NCBI GenBank assembly: GCA_965207065.1
Contig: OZ242260.1
Location: forward strand, 3,808,001 to 3,872,000
Source of the DNA: a bacterium
Lineage (GTDB): Bacteria > UBA8248
Direction: 5' to 3'
DNA length: 64,000 nt
Shown here piece by piece: positions 31,609 through 40,771 of the stretch (its first letter is position 1; each line of letters begins with the position of its first letter). Under the pieces are notes generated by a model that saw only the letters and a program-made list of their open reading frames with translations, was not told where the DNA came from and ran no database searches. Made by a program: the position numbers and the translations under genes.

Positions 31609-31878
31609 TCACACCTACTTCGCCCGGCGCTTCCCGGAGAACAGCGGGCGATTCTGAGTAGCAAAGGAGAGCCGCGTCGTCAATCCGCGCCCGGTGGTAT
31701 TGCGGCGTTGTCGATGGGGCAGCCGAAGAAACGGGTTTCAGAGCCGGGCGGCGCCGTTGCGCCTCGTATTGCGCCTGTCGAGATGGCGGATGAACGGACT
31801 GCGTCCGCCCTCTCTTTGCCGCCTGCCACGGCGAAGAAGTTTACCCGAGGACGCATTCATGGGGGCCGAAAGATTTTT

Positions 31879-31907
31879 TTGACAATTCAGCCCTTCAAAC
31901 CTATTTT
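31879..31907 (+). promoter_or_regulatory. Sigma70-like promoter of the cytochrome c/Nap-like operon
   Basis: TTGACA (31879-31884), 17-nt spacer, TATTTT (31902-31907) in an AT-rich patch. Confidence 0.6.
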
Positions 31908-32039
31908 TATTATATAGGCGTGAGTTCAGCGCATCGAAGAACCATGAGGTCAGACCCCCATTCGGGGGAGAAAAAAGGAGCCAAAGCAACGATCGTCCCA
32001 CCAAAATAGCAGCACGGACTGTTCGAGAGGAGATCACTC

Positions 32040-32780
32040 ATGAAGAAGTGGCGCTCATTCCCGGTTCTCGTCGGTTTTCTCTTCTCTATCCTGCTTACCG
32101 CCACGTTCCTGTACCCCACCGGAACCGACGCCTTCGATCGGGATTCCAAATGGGATACCGTCTATTCGAAGGGCAGCCGGCTCTACCTGACACACTGCGC
32201 GGCCTGCCACGGTAAAAACGGCAAAGGAGGCGTGGGTCTCCCCCTGAACCTGCAAAGCTTCCTGTCCGTCGCGCCCGAAGGGTACATCCGCCGCTCCATC
32301 TTCTACGGGCGCTTGCCGCGCCAGATGATCCCATACGGGACTTTCCTGAAAAAAGAAGACATTGAAGCCATCGCGACCTACGTGCGCAGCTGGCAGCTCC
32401 GCGACTACGCAGGGATCGATCAAAAGCGGGTGGCGGGCTCCGTTTCCCGCGGAAAACTCTTCTTCGACGGGATGTGCTCCGGCTGCCACGGGCGGGACGG
32501 CCTCGGCGGCCCCCAGGTGGGCGGAGGGCACGTGACGAACGCCATGGCGGGCTACGCGGGACCCGCATTGAACAACCAGGGTTTTCTCAAATCCGCCACC
32601 GACGGCTACATCAAGGCGACGATGATGCAGGGCCGGGTCGGTACGCCGATGGGCGCCTACCTCAAGGGAAAGCAGGGGATGGTGGAGCTGACCGAGGAAG
32701 AGATTAACGACATCGTCGCCTACATCCGCACCTGGGAAAAACGCGATTCGGGACTCGTAGACCCCTGGAGGGACAAGTGA
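32040..32780 (+). CDS. Diheme class I c-type cytochrome with N-terminal signal/TM
   Basis: Two CxxCH motifs (CAACH, CSGCH) in two repeated domains with distal Met-like motifs (RQMIPY, TPMGAY). GAGGAG RBS. Confidence 0.9.
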   Translation: MKKWRSFPVLVGFLFSILLTATFLYPTGTDAFDRDSKWDTVYSKGSRLYLTHCAACHGKNGKGGVGLPLNLQSFLSVAPEGYIRRSIFYGRLPRQMIPYGTFLKKEDIEAIATYVRSWQLRDYAGIDQKRVAGSVSRGKLFFDGMCSGCHGRDGLGGPQVGGGHVTNAMAGYAGPALNNQGFLKSATDGYIKATMMQGRVGTPMGAYLKGKQGMVELTEEEINDIVAYIRTWEKRDSGLVDPWRDK

Positions 32781-35416
32781 TGCCGAAATTCAATCGCCGT
32801 GCGTTTCTGCAGTCGTCCACCGCGCTGGCCACCGGACTCGCCATGGGCGGGAGCCTGACCCGCGACAAGGAGCTGTTCCAGCTCGTCGGAGAAGCGGAAG
32901 GCGCCCAGGACACGCGGAAGCTGGTCCCCACGCAATGCCCCTACTGCGGCGTGGGCTGCCACACCTACTACGTCGTCGAGAACGAGAAGATCGTGGCGTG
33001 CATCCCGGACAAGGACTCTCCGGTCAACCTGGGTCTGCAGTGCATCAAGGGCCTCACGGCAGCGGAGTCCCTCTACGTCGACCGGCTGGAGGAGGTGCTC
33101 ATCCGCAAGGACATGTCCAACCCGCTGACCGGGCACGTCTCGAAGACGAAGGGGCGCTTCGATGACGATGTCTTCCGGGTCGGCACGTGGGAAGAAGGCA
33201 TGGAGATCGTCTCCAACATGGTCGCCGGTGTCGTGAAGAAGTATGGGGGAAACTCCGTCGGGGTCTACCAGTCCGGCCAGTTGACCATGGAGGAGCAATG
33301 GCTGGACAACATCTTCTACAAGGGCGTCCTCCAGTCGAACAGCATCGAGGCCAACGCCCGGATGTGCATGACCTCCGCCGTGACGGGCTACATTCACAGC
33401 CTCGGGAGCGACCATCCGCCGGGGAACTATTCCGATATCGAGGATGCCGACTTCATCAACCACTGGGGCCATAACGCGCGCGGGTCGCACCCCGTCCTGT
33501 TCTGGCGCGTGGCGGCCACCAAGGAGAAGCGCAACATCCCGACCATGGTGGTCGACCCGCGCTACACCGGAACCATGGACGGCTACGCCCAGATCAACCC
33601 CAACAACAGCCTCTCGATCACCCTCCGCCCCAACGGCGATCTTTCCCTTCAGAACGCCATCGCCCACGTCCTGATGAAGGAGTTCCCCCAGGCCGTGGAC
33701 GAGGCCTTCATCCGGCAGCACACGGACGGGTTCGACGACTACCGGGCGGGCATCATGGCCCGCTACAGCCCGGAGCAGGTCATCGACCGGACGGGTATCG
33801 CCCCCTCCGTGGTCAGGCGCATCGCCTCGATCTGGGCGGACGCCACACTGAAGGGGAAGCGGCGCAAGAAAGGCGGCGTCCTCTCCTTCTGGGGGATCGG
33901 TTACAACCAGTCGCTCCACGGGCAGCACCGCAACATCAACATCATCAACCTCCATCTGCTGACCGGGAACATCGGCAGGCCGGGCGCCGGCCCGTTCTCC
34001 ATGACGGGGCAGCCCAACGCCATGAGCGAGCGCCTCATGGGCGGCCTGACCGGACGGCTCCCGTTCAACGAGGGCATCAAGAACGCGGCGCACCGCCGGA
34101 AGATAAACGAGGCATGGGGCCTCCCTCCGGGACGGCTCGACGTCACCGCCGAAGCCCCGAACAAGGGCATGACCATCGGCATGTTCGAGCGCGCCCTGAA
34201 GGGAGACATCAAGATAATGCAGTTCGCCTACGCCACCCACGTGGACCTGCCGGAGGTGGAGACCCTCATCCGGCCCGCCATCACCAAGACGTTCACCTAC
34301 ATGGTCGAGGCCTACCGGCACGCCCCGAACCTGCTCTACGGCGACGTCATCTTCCCCGCCGCCACCCACGGCGAGAAATGGGGGGTGTACCAGAACAGCG
34401 AGCGAAAGATGTACGTCACGGACAAGGCCATGGAGCCGCCCAAAAACTGCAGGCCCGACCTGGACGTCATCATCGACGAGGGCAAGTCCATCGCCACGAA
34501 GCTCGGCCTGGATGCGGAGAAGATATTCCCCTACAAGCGGAAGGCGGACGGTTACTATGACCCCGAAGAGGTCTACCGGGACATATGCCGGGCCAGCAAG
34601 GGATCGGATGCGGATTTGACGGGCATCCTGGAGGTGGAAAAGCGGGACAAGCTCTCTCCCTACGAGCAACTCCGCAAGCGCAAGGGAATCTTCTATCCCG
34701 CCCCCACGTATGAGATCGCCAGAGAGGGAGGGGTCGCGCGCAAGTACATGGCGCAGGAGAAGGGCTGGAAGGACAAGCCCTACAGCGCGTTCCGGCGCAA
34801 GGACGGCAAGGCGAAGTTCAAGCTCACCGAGCAGGACTATTCGCGCGCCAAGGAGCTGACGGACATCTTCGCCAAAGCGGGCAAAGACCCGGATTTCTTC
34901 GCCATGGACCATTACGACGTGCTGGTCGAGATGCGCGACAACGGGCTGACGCCGGAACTCCCGGACTTCGACTACTACGGAAAATCCATGGCGGAGATCA
35001 AGCAGGCCGACAAGTACCCCTTCTGGCTGAACCTGGGCGTCGTCTTCGAGCACTTCCACACCACCAAGACGATACGGGCGGCCACCACACGGCGTCTGGT
35101 GCCGGAGCAGTATCTCGAAATGAATCCCCGCGACGCGCGCCGACTGGGGATCGAGGACGGGGAATGGGTCCGGGTCGTGACGCCTCGGGGCAGCTACGAG
35201 GCGCGGGCCAGCATCGGCACGAAGAGCAAGGTCAAGCCCGCGCGCAACAAGGTCATGCCGGGGCAGGTGTTCTCCCCGTGGAACCTTTCCGTCGCGGACA
35301 GCGCCGACCCGAAGAAGAACCGGTGGCTGGTCAACGCGGTCACGCACCGGGCTTTCGATCCGGTATCCGGCCAGGCGGACTTCAAGCACGTAAAAGCGAG
35401 GATCGAGAAGATATAG
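32780..35416 (+). CDS. Tat-exported Mo/W-bisPGD oxidoreductase, nitrate reductase NapA/NasA-like
   Basis: Tat motif NRRAFLQ, [4Fe-4S] CPYCGVGC...CIKG, Cys-ligand region NARMCMTSA, SMTGQPNAM and a C-terminal molydopterin-binding domain. Confidence 0.88.
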   Translation: MPKFNRRAFLQSSTALATGLAMGGSLTRDKELFQLVGEAEGAQDTRKLVPTQCPYCGVGCHTYYVVENEKIVACIPDKDSPVNLGLQCIKGLTAAESLYVDRLEEVLIRKDMSNPLTGHVSKTKGRFDDDVFRVGTWEEGMEIVSNMVAGVVKKYGGNSVGVYQSGQLTMEEQWLDNIFYKGVLQSNSIEANARMCMTSAVTGYIHSLGSDHPPGNYSDIEDADFINHWGHNARGSHPVLFWRVAATKEKRNIPTMVVDPRYTGTMDGYAQINPNNSLSITLRPNGDLSLQNAIAHVLMKEFPQAVDEAFIRQHTDGFDDYRAGIMARYSPEQVIDRTGIAPSVVRRIASIWADATLKGKRRKKGGVLSFWGIGYNQSLHGQHRNINIINLHLLTGNIGRPGAGPFSMTGQPNAMSERLMGGLTGRLPFNEGIKNAAHRRKINEAWGLPPGRLDVTAEAPNKGMTIGMFERALKGDIKIMQFAYATHVDLPEVETLIRPAITKTFTYMVEAYRHAPNLLYGDVIFPAATHGEKWGVYQNSERKMYVTDKAMEPPKNCRPDLDVIIDEGKSIATKLGLDAEKIFPYKRKADGYYDPEEVYRDICRASKGSDADLTGILEVEKRDKLSPYEQLRKRKGIFYPAPTYEIAREGGVARKYMAQEKGWKDKPYSAFRRKDGKAKFKLTEQDYSRAKELTDIFAKAGKDPDFFAMDHYDVLVEMRDNGLTPELPDFDYYGKSMAEIKQADKYPFWLNLGVVFEHFHTTKTIRAATTRRLVPEQYLEMNPRDARRLGIEDGEWVRVVTPRGSYEARASIGTKSKVKPARNKVMPGQVFSPWNLSVADSADPKKNRWLVNAVTHRAFDPVSGQADFKHVKARIEKI

Positions 35417-35500
35417 TTCCTCGATGAACCGAGAGGGACGGGCAGGGAGTTCTCCCCTTCCCCGTCTCGCAGGACCAGGAGGTTTTGGGGAGGCGGGAGA

Positions 35501-36091
35501 ATGGGCCTGAACAGACGGAGGTTCCTGCTCGCGGGGGCGGCGGCGCTCACCGGCGTCGCTTCCCTGCTCGCGACCGGACGAAGGAGTTTCGCGAGGGCCG
35601 GGGCGCGTTTTCGTCGCCTCCTCCGGCCGCCCGGCGCGCTGAGCGAGCAGGAGTTCCTCGATCAGTGCATCCGCTGCGCGAGGTGCGCCGCCGTCTGCCC
35701 GAACACCGCCATTCAGATGACCGGGTTCGGGGAGGGGCTCCGGAACCTCAACACCCCCTACATCGTCCCCCGCGAACAGGCCTGCATGCTCTGCATGAAG
35801 TGCACCGAAGTCTGCCCGACGGGCGCCTTGACCCGAATCTCCGCAGACGATGACGCCGTCCTCACGCAGGTCAAGATGGGACGCGCGGTGGTGGATCGCT
35901 CCATGTGCTTCTCCTACCAGGGGCGCACCTGCGGGGTGTGCATTCGCGCATGCCCCTTTCCCGGGGTGGCCATGAAGACCGGAATGTACGAGCAGCCCAT
36001 CGTGACGGACGCCTGCGTGGGCTGCGGGCTATGCGAGCGCGCCTGCATCCACGTGCCCCAGGCGATCCGCATCGTCCCGGTGGAGTCCTGA
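35501..36091 (+). CDS. NapG/MauM-like polyferredoxin
   Basis: NRRRFLL Tat-like leader, LRPPGA and four Cys clusters (CIRCARCAAVCP, CMLCMKCTEVCP, CGVCIRACP, CVGCGLCERAC). Confidence 0.85.
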   Translation: MGLNRRRFLLAGAAALTGVASLLATGRRSFARAGARFRRLLRPPGALSEQEFLDQCIRCARCAAVCPNTAIQMTGFGEGLRNLNTPYIVPREQACMLCMKCTEVCPTGALTRISADDDAVLTQVKMGRAVVDRSMCFSYQGRTCGVCIRACPFPGVAMKTGMYEQPIVTDACVGCGLCERACIHVPQAIRIVPVES

Positions 36092-36095
36092 TACC

Positions 36096-37619
36096 GTGGT
36101 CGCCTGGCTCAGAAGAGCGATCCAGCTGGGGGCGCTCGGCCTGCTCCTGGCCGTGCCCGCCCTCAATTACGGGGGGATCCTCTACCAGCAGTACGGCAAG
36201 AACGGCTACCACAAGATATCCCTGACGGGGACCGTTTTCGAGCAATGGCTCTACCACCTGTTTTCTGTCACGGTCGGGCGCCTGGCGGACCCCGCCGTCC
36301 GCTCGATGGACTGGGTGGGAAATTTCGGGTCGTTCTCCGTGTTCGGGTTCCCGATTCTCGATCCGGCCGTTGCGGCGGAGACCGTGCTGCGGACCCCGGT
36401 CGTCTGGCCGGCTCTCCTGGCGGGGGCCGCGCTCCCGTTTCTCGTGGCCGTCGTCCTCGGGCGGGTCTTCTGCGGGTGGGTCTGCCCGGTCAACACGCTT
36501 CTCGAGGGATTCGACCTCCTGAGACGGCGCGCGCTGCCGAAGATCGGGGTCCGTCCGCCGGACTTCAAAGTCCCCCGGTGGGCCAAGTGGGTATTGCTCT
36601 TCGCCGGGCTGGGCGCGGCAATCGCCTTCGACATCGCCCTGTGGGCGAACCTCCTCCCCCACGTTCAGATCGGGAGGGACGTGTTCTCTCTGATGGTATT
36701 CGGCGTCACCAACGGCGGCGTCCTGATCTTCTCAGGCGTCATCCTGGCGGAACTGCTCCTCTCCCGCCGGGCCTGGTGCCGCTCCCTCTGCCCGACCGGC
36801 GCGCTGCTGGGATTCTTCGGCTCGCTGGCGCCCTTCCGGGTGCGCAAGGCCGAGCGCGCCTGCATCGACGGCTGCACGGCCTGTGCGCGAGCCTGCCCGA
36901 TGGGAGTCAACCCGGCGGAGCCGTTCTCCCTGGCCGAATGCTACAACTGCGGGGTCTGTACGACCGCGTGCCCCGCAGACCTCCTGACCCTGGGAATCCC
37001 CCCTTCCCCGAGACGCTTCCCGGCCACCCTGCTCTCGCGCCTGAAAAAAGGCGTCTCCCTGGGGTTGGGGCTGGCGTTGCTCCTGGTTCCGCTCGCCGCT
37101 TCGGCCCACCACATGCGGGGAAAGCCCCATTACGGCTATGCGGAGAATTACCCCCAGATCCCCACACGCGAGACGCGCGTCCGGGTCGGCCGATATGACA
37201 TCACCGTGGTGAGCTATTTTTTTGAGGGGCTGCGCCGGCAGACATCGGACACGCCGGACGACGTGCAGTTCTACGTCAGCCTCACGGACGCCAAGACCGG
37301 ACAAAGCTACACCGGTCCCCTGACCATCGAGGTGCGCCGGGGGAAGACCCGGCTTGCGGTCTTCCAGCACGACCGGCCTTTCGAGGAAGCCGTATACCGG
37401 GTCCGCCAGTCGGTGCCGGGAACGGGGCTTTACGACTTGAGGCTCGTCGCCGAGGGGTTTCAGGGGTCCGTCCCGGTCGACGTCCGGGGCGACAGCGTCT
37501 CCTGGATGCCGTACGCGGCGTCGGGCGGGGTCGTACTGTTCGTCCTGCTCCTCTTTATCCACCGCAGGCGCGCCCGCGCGTCCCGCCGGAGGAAGACCCA
37601 TGCGGCATCCGGCGCGTAA
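36096..37619 (+). CDS. NapH/MauN-like membrane polyferredoxin fused to an extra C-terminal membrane-anchored domain
   Basis: GRVFCGWVCP and AWCRSLCPTG motifs and two [4Fe-4S] motifs, then LALLLVPLAASA-HHMRGKPHYGYAENYP... and a final TM with an Arg-rich tail. Confidence 0.82.
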   Translation: MVAWLRRAIQLGALGLLLAVPALNYGGILYQQYGKNGYHKISLTGTVFEQWLYHLFSVTVGRLADPAVRSMDWVGNFGSFSVFGFPILDPAVAAETVLRTPVVWPALLAGAALPFLVAVVLGRVFCGWVCPVNTLLEGFDLLRRRALPKIGVRPPDFKVPRWAKWVLLFAGLGAAIAFDIALWANLLPHVQIGRDVFSLMVFGVTNGGVLIFSGVILAELLLSRRAWCRSLCPTGALLGFFGSLAPFRVRKAERACIDGCTACARACPMGVNPAEPFSLAECYNCGVCTTACPADLLTLGIPPSPRRFPATLLSRLKKGVSLGLGLALLLVPLAASAHHMRGKPHYGYAENYPQIPTRETRVRVGRYDITVVSYFFEGLRRQTSDTPDDVQFYVSLTDAKTGQSYTGPLTIEVRRGKTRLAVFQHDRPFEEAVYRVRQSVPGTGLYDLRLVAEGFQGSVPVDVRGDSVSWMPYAASGGVVLFVLLLFIHRRRARASRRRKTHAASGA

Positions 37620-37692
37620 GACAACCCGGACCCTCGTCTTTCTCCCGGCGCCGGCGACGCCTGCCCGGCGGCCGGCCTGAGGCTGCGAGAAG

Positions 37693-38268
37693 ATGCCGAT
37701 AGAATTCGACCGGCGGGCTTTCCTGCAAAGGGGGCCTTTCGCATTTATCCAGGCGGTTCTCTCCGAATCTTCCGCCGGTAACGCCGATACGCCCCGCCCC
37801 CCGCTCCGGCCCCCGGGCGCAGCGCCGGAGGAGGAATTCCTGGAGCTTTGCTGCGGCGTCGGCGCATGCGCGGAGGTCTGCCCGGCCGACGCCATCCGGT
37901 TGGTCCCCAGAGAGGGGGATTCGGGAACCCGCCACCCGGTCATCGTCCCCCAGGAGGCCGCCTGCATCGTCTGTGAGGACCTCGCCTGCATGAAGGCCTG
38001 CCCGAGCGGCGCCCTCTCCCTGGTGTCAGTTGAGGAGATCCGTATCGGGCGCGCGCAGGTGAGTCCCGACCGCTGCCTCGCGTGGAGCGGGACGGACCCG
38101 GGGTGCGATTACTGCGTGGACCGGTGCCCCCTCGGGTCAGAAGCCATCCGCCTCGAGCGCGCAGGAGGAGTGCGCGGCCCCGTGGTCGAGAAAGGGTGCG
38201 TCGGGTGCGGCGTATGCGAGTATTTCTGCCCGACGCAGCCCTCCGCCATCCGGGTGTATCCCTGCTGA
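37693..38268 (+). CDS. NapF/MauM-like polyferredoxin
   Basis: DRRAFLQ, LRPPGA and clusters CCGVGACAEVCP, CIVCEDLACMKACP, CDYCVDRCP and CVGCGVCEYFCP. Confidence 0.82.
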   Translation: MPIEFDRRAFLQRGPFAFIQAVLSESSAGNADTPRPPLRPPGAAPEEEFLELCCGVGACAEVCPADAIRLVPREGDSGTRHPVIVPQEAACIVCEDLACMKACPSGALSLVSVEEIRIGRAQVSPDRCLAWSGTDPGCDYCVDRCPLGSEAIRLERAGGVRGPVVEKGCVGCGVCEYFCPTQPSAIRVYPC

Positions 38269-38341
38269 TCCCCGCCGGAAAAGCTGCAAACACTCGCTCT
38301 TCGCTCGCGTCAAACGCTCCCTCACTGGTGTCGGAGTTGTC

Positions 38342-38734
38342 CCACAGGTCGCGACTTCGGACAGGCACGGGGGCCTCGGACAGGCGCGGGGGCCTGTCCG
38401 CTACGGTACTCGCTTTTGATCGTCATTCCGGCGCATGCCGGAATCCAGGTACTTTGCCTTTGTTTCTTTATTTCTTCTGCATTCCCGCCAGTGAATGGGG
38501 GATGAAAAACCGGAGCGACGCCATTCTCCTCGGCTCTGGATTCCGGCTTTCGCCGGAATGACGGTGGTTTTCCTGCATCGAGGGGGTTTTCAACAACCCT
38601 GACAAGGGGGTGTGTTTTTTTAGCGGACAGGCGAGGAAGCCGAAATCATATCCCCGTTCCCCGTAGTGACAGCCCCTGCTCGGGGCTGTTCCACAGGTCG
38701 CGACTTCGGACAGGCACGGGGGCCTGTCCGCTAC
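38342..38734. repeat. Mixed repeat cluster: two REP-like copies flanking a cgtcattccggc inverted-repeat element
   Basis: ccacaggtcgcgacttcggacaggcacgggggcctgtccgctac at 38691-38734 and, with an internal duplication, at 38342-38404. Inverted arms at 38421-38448 and 38536-38563. Confidence 0.85.
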
Positions 38735-39263
38735 ACCCCCTTCTTCCGGGGGGCATCGCCGACCGACGCGCATGGAGGCATCCCTCCCCCTGCAAGCAAT
38801 CAGACATTCCCTCTATGGGGGCGGCCGTAAGCTGCGCGCATTTGCCCGCATTTGCGGCGGCGGGCGGCGAGAGGTTCGGGGGTATCCTGAGAGGTTGGCC
38901 TGACGTGCGGCTCCCCTTCCCGGGATGGGCCGGCTTCGTTTTCCGGCAGGAACCGCCCGCGCATTTCCGCGCATTTGCGGCGGCGCGCGGAGCGGCGCGT
39001 GCGGGTATGATGGCGGAGCGGCTCGGCGCGTTCAAAATTATGGAATTTCCGTAAATATAGATAAATTCACGGGGTAATTCAGTAAATTACTGAAAATTTT
39101 CAAGGGGAAATGCGGGAGGATGCGCCCGTGAAAACCGGTTCCGACGACCCGATCCGGCCGCCGCCATAACCAGGCGCGGGGGAATTCTGCCACGGCCCGC
39201 CAGGCCCGCGACAACGGCAAATGCGGGGAAACGCGCTTTTCCCGCCAAGACCTCCGGGTCGTC

Positions 39264-39292
39264 TTGACACCCACCGGCTGTGTTGGTAGGTT
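39264..39292 (+). promoter_or_regulatory. Sigma70-like promoter of the F0 operon
   Basis: TTGACA (39264-39269), 17-nt spacer, TAGGTT (39287-39292) preceded by TGn (extended -10). Confidence 0.65.
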
Positions 39293-39333
39293 CCCGCCCG
39301 TAAATTCGTCGCCGCACTTCTCGTCCGGGGAGA

Positions 39334-39606
39334 ATGCAGGGCATGGCCTCCGATCCTCCTCCAGAGCCGGGCCGCGGACCACTAGCGAAGAAACCGGCCA
39401 GGGCGCGGGACAGGAAAATCCGCAAGGGCGTGCGGAACGTGCACCTCGCGGCACTGGGCTGGAACTTCGTGACGGCGCCGCTCGTAGGCGGCGGCATCGG
39501 GTATGTCATTGATCATTATGCCGGTACATATCCGTGGGCGATGGTAATCGGGTTGTTTCTGGGTTTTGTTTCCGCTTTTATCGATCTCATCAGAGGCGTC
39601 CGCTGA
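39334..39606 (+). CDS. AtpZ/AtpI-family small membrane protein (start may be 39343)
   Basis: GGGIGYVIDHYAGTYPWAMVIGLFLGFVSAF pattern. First gene of the F0 operon. Confidence 0.85.
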   Translation: MQGMASDPPPEPGRGPLAKKPARARDRKIRKGVRNVHLAALGWNFVTAPLVGGGIGYVIDHYAGTYPWAMVIGLFLGFVSAFIDLIRGVR

Positions 39607-40002
39607 ATGCGAAACCAAGACCCGCCGTCATCCATCCTCAGGAGCATATCGAACTCCGGCTGGCTGATTCTGGCTCTGATGAGCGCGGCGGGGCTGGTTC
39701 TCAAGGACGTTCCGACGGCCCTGGGCGTGGCGACAGGCGGGGCTTGCGGGCTTGGAAGTTTCCGGATGATGGATGTATACTTCGCCCGCATTTTTCAACA
39801 AAACGTCAGCCGCCCGAAATGGTGGCATCACGTTTTATACATATTGCGCTTTTTCGCCCTCATGGGCGTCGTAGCGCTCGCGATAGGCTGGGCAGGGCTT
39901 CCCGTCGTGAGCGTGGTGATAGGGTTGACCATTCCGCCGTTGGCCATATTCATTCACGGGGCTCGATACGCCCTGCGAATACAAGGATCTACAAGAGCAT
40001 AA
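39607..40002 (+). CDS. atpI: ATP synthase subunit I
   Basis: Four hydrophobic segments with YILRFF, located directly before atpB. Confidence 0.75.
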   Translation: MRNQDPPSSILRSISNSGWLILALMSAAGLVLKDVPTALGVATGGACGLGSFRMMDVYFARIFQQNVSRPKWWHHVLYILRFFALMGVVALAIGWAGLPVVSVVIGLTIPPLAIFIHGARYALRIQGSTRA

Positions 40003-40005
40003 CAC

Positions 40006-40725
40006 ATGGAAAAATTTCACCCGTTCCTGTATTTCGACATCTACCCGGGGCTCTCCGCCTATCCCAACATCGTGTACAGCTGGCTGGTGATGGTGTTCCT
40101 CATCGTGACCTCACTGCTCGTCACCAAAGCGCTGCAAAAGATACCCGTTGGCGGACAAAACCTCTTCGAGGCGATTTTCGACGGGTTTTCCGCCTTCATG
40201 GAAGGCCCCCTCGGCAATGAGGGGCGTCCCTTCTTCCCCCTCGTATTCACGCTGGGCACCTACATTTTCCTGTGCAACGTCATTGGAATCCTGCCCGGCT
40301 TCATGGCGCCGACGAGCAACCTGAACACCAACGTGGGTTGTGCGCTCACCGTGTTTTTCGCCACCCATTACGTGGGACTCAAGAGAAGCGGCATGGCGTA
40401 TCTCAAGCATTTCACGGGCCCCATCATGTGGCTGGCGCCGCTCATGATACCCATCGAGATTATCTCTCATCTGAGCCGTCCCCTTTCACTCACTTTGCGC
40501 CTTTTCGGGAACATCACGGGCGAGGAACTCGTACTCGGCGTTCTGATGCTGCTCTGCCTGCAGATTTTCCTGCCCGTTCCCTGGGCGATGCAGATGTTCG
40601 TCATTTTCGGAAGTTTCATTCAGGCCTTTGTTTTCACCCTCTTGACCATGATATATATCGCCGGGTCGCTTGAAGGACACGACCACGACGAGGAGCATGG
40701 CCATGAGGCCGCCCACGCTCATTAA
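40006..40725 (+). CDS. atpB: F0F1 ATP synthase subunit a
   Basis: QNLFE, APTSNLN, PIEIISHLSRPLSLTLRLFGNI and IQAFVFTLLTMIYI motifs, with a His-rich tail. Confidence 0.97.
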   Translation: MEKFHPFLYFDIYPGLSAYPNIVYSWLVMVFLIVTSLLVTKALQKIPVGGQNLFEAIFDGFSAFMEGPLGNEGRPFFPLVFTLGTYIFLCNVIGILPGFMAPTSNLNTNVGCALTVFFATHYVGLKRSGMAYLKHFTGPIMWLAPLMIPIEIISHLSRPLSLTLRLFGNITGEELVLGVLMLLCLQIFLPVPWAMQMFVIFGSFIQAFVFTLLTMIYIAGSLEGHDHDEEHGHEAAHAH

Positions 40726-40771
40726 CGATAACGGTTCATGTAGGAATCACTTCAACAAGGAGAAGCAAGGG

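Noticed and set aside
31908-32039. Possible Moco/Wco riboswitch in the leader of the molybdoenzyme operon
   Set aside because: Only a short hairpin is visible and I could not match the conserved motif. An Infernal search would be needed.
32720-35389. 889-aa minus-strand ORF
   Set aside because: Antisense shadow of the molybdoenzyme gene. The same applies to 5549-6730, 24627-25898, 27753-29012 and 43406-44905.
38780-39330. Several 80-140-aa ORFs upstream of the atp operon
   Set aside because: Low-complexity Arg/Ala/Pro translations typical of GC-rich non-coding DNA.
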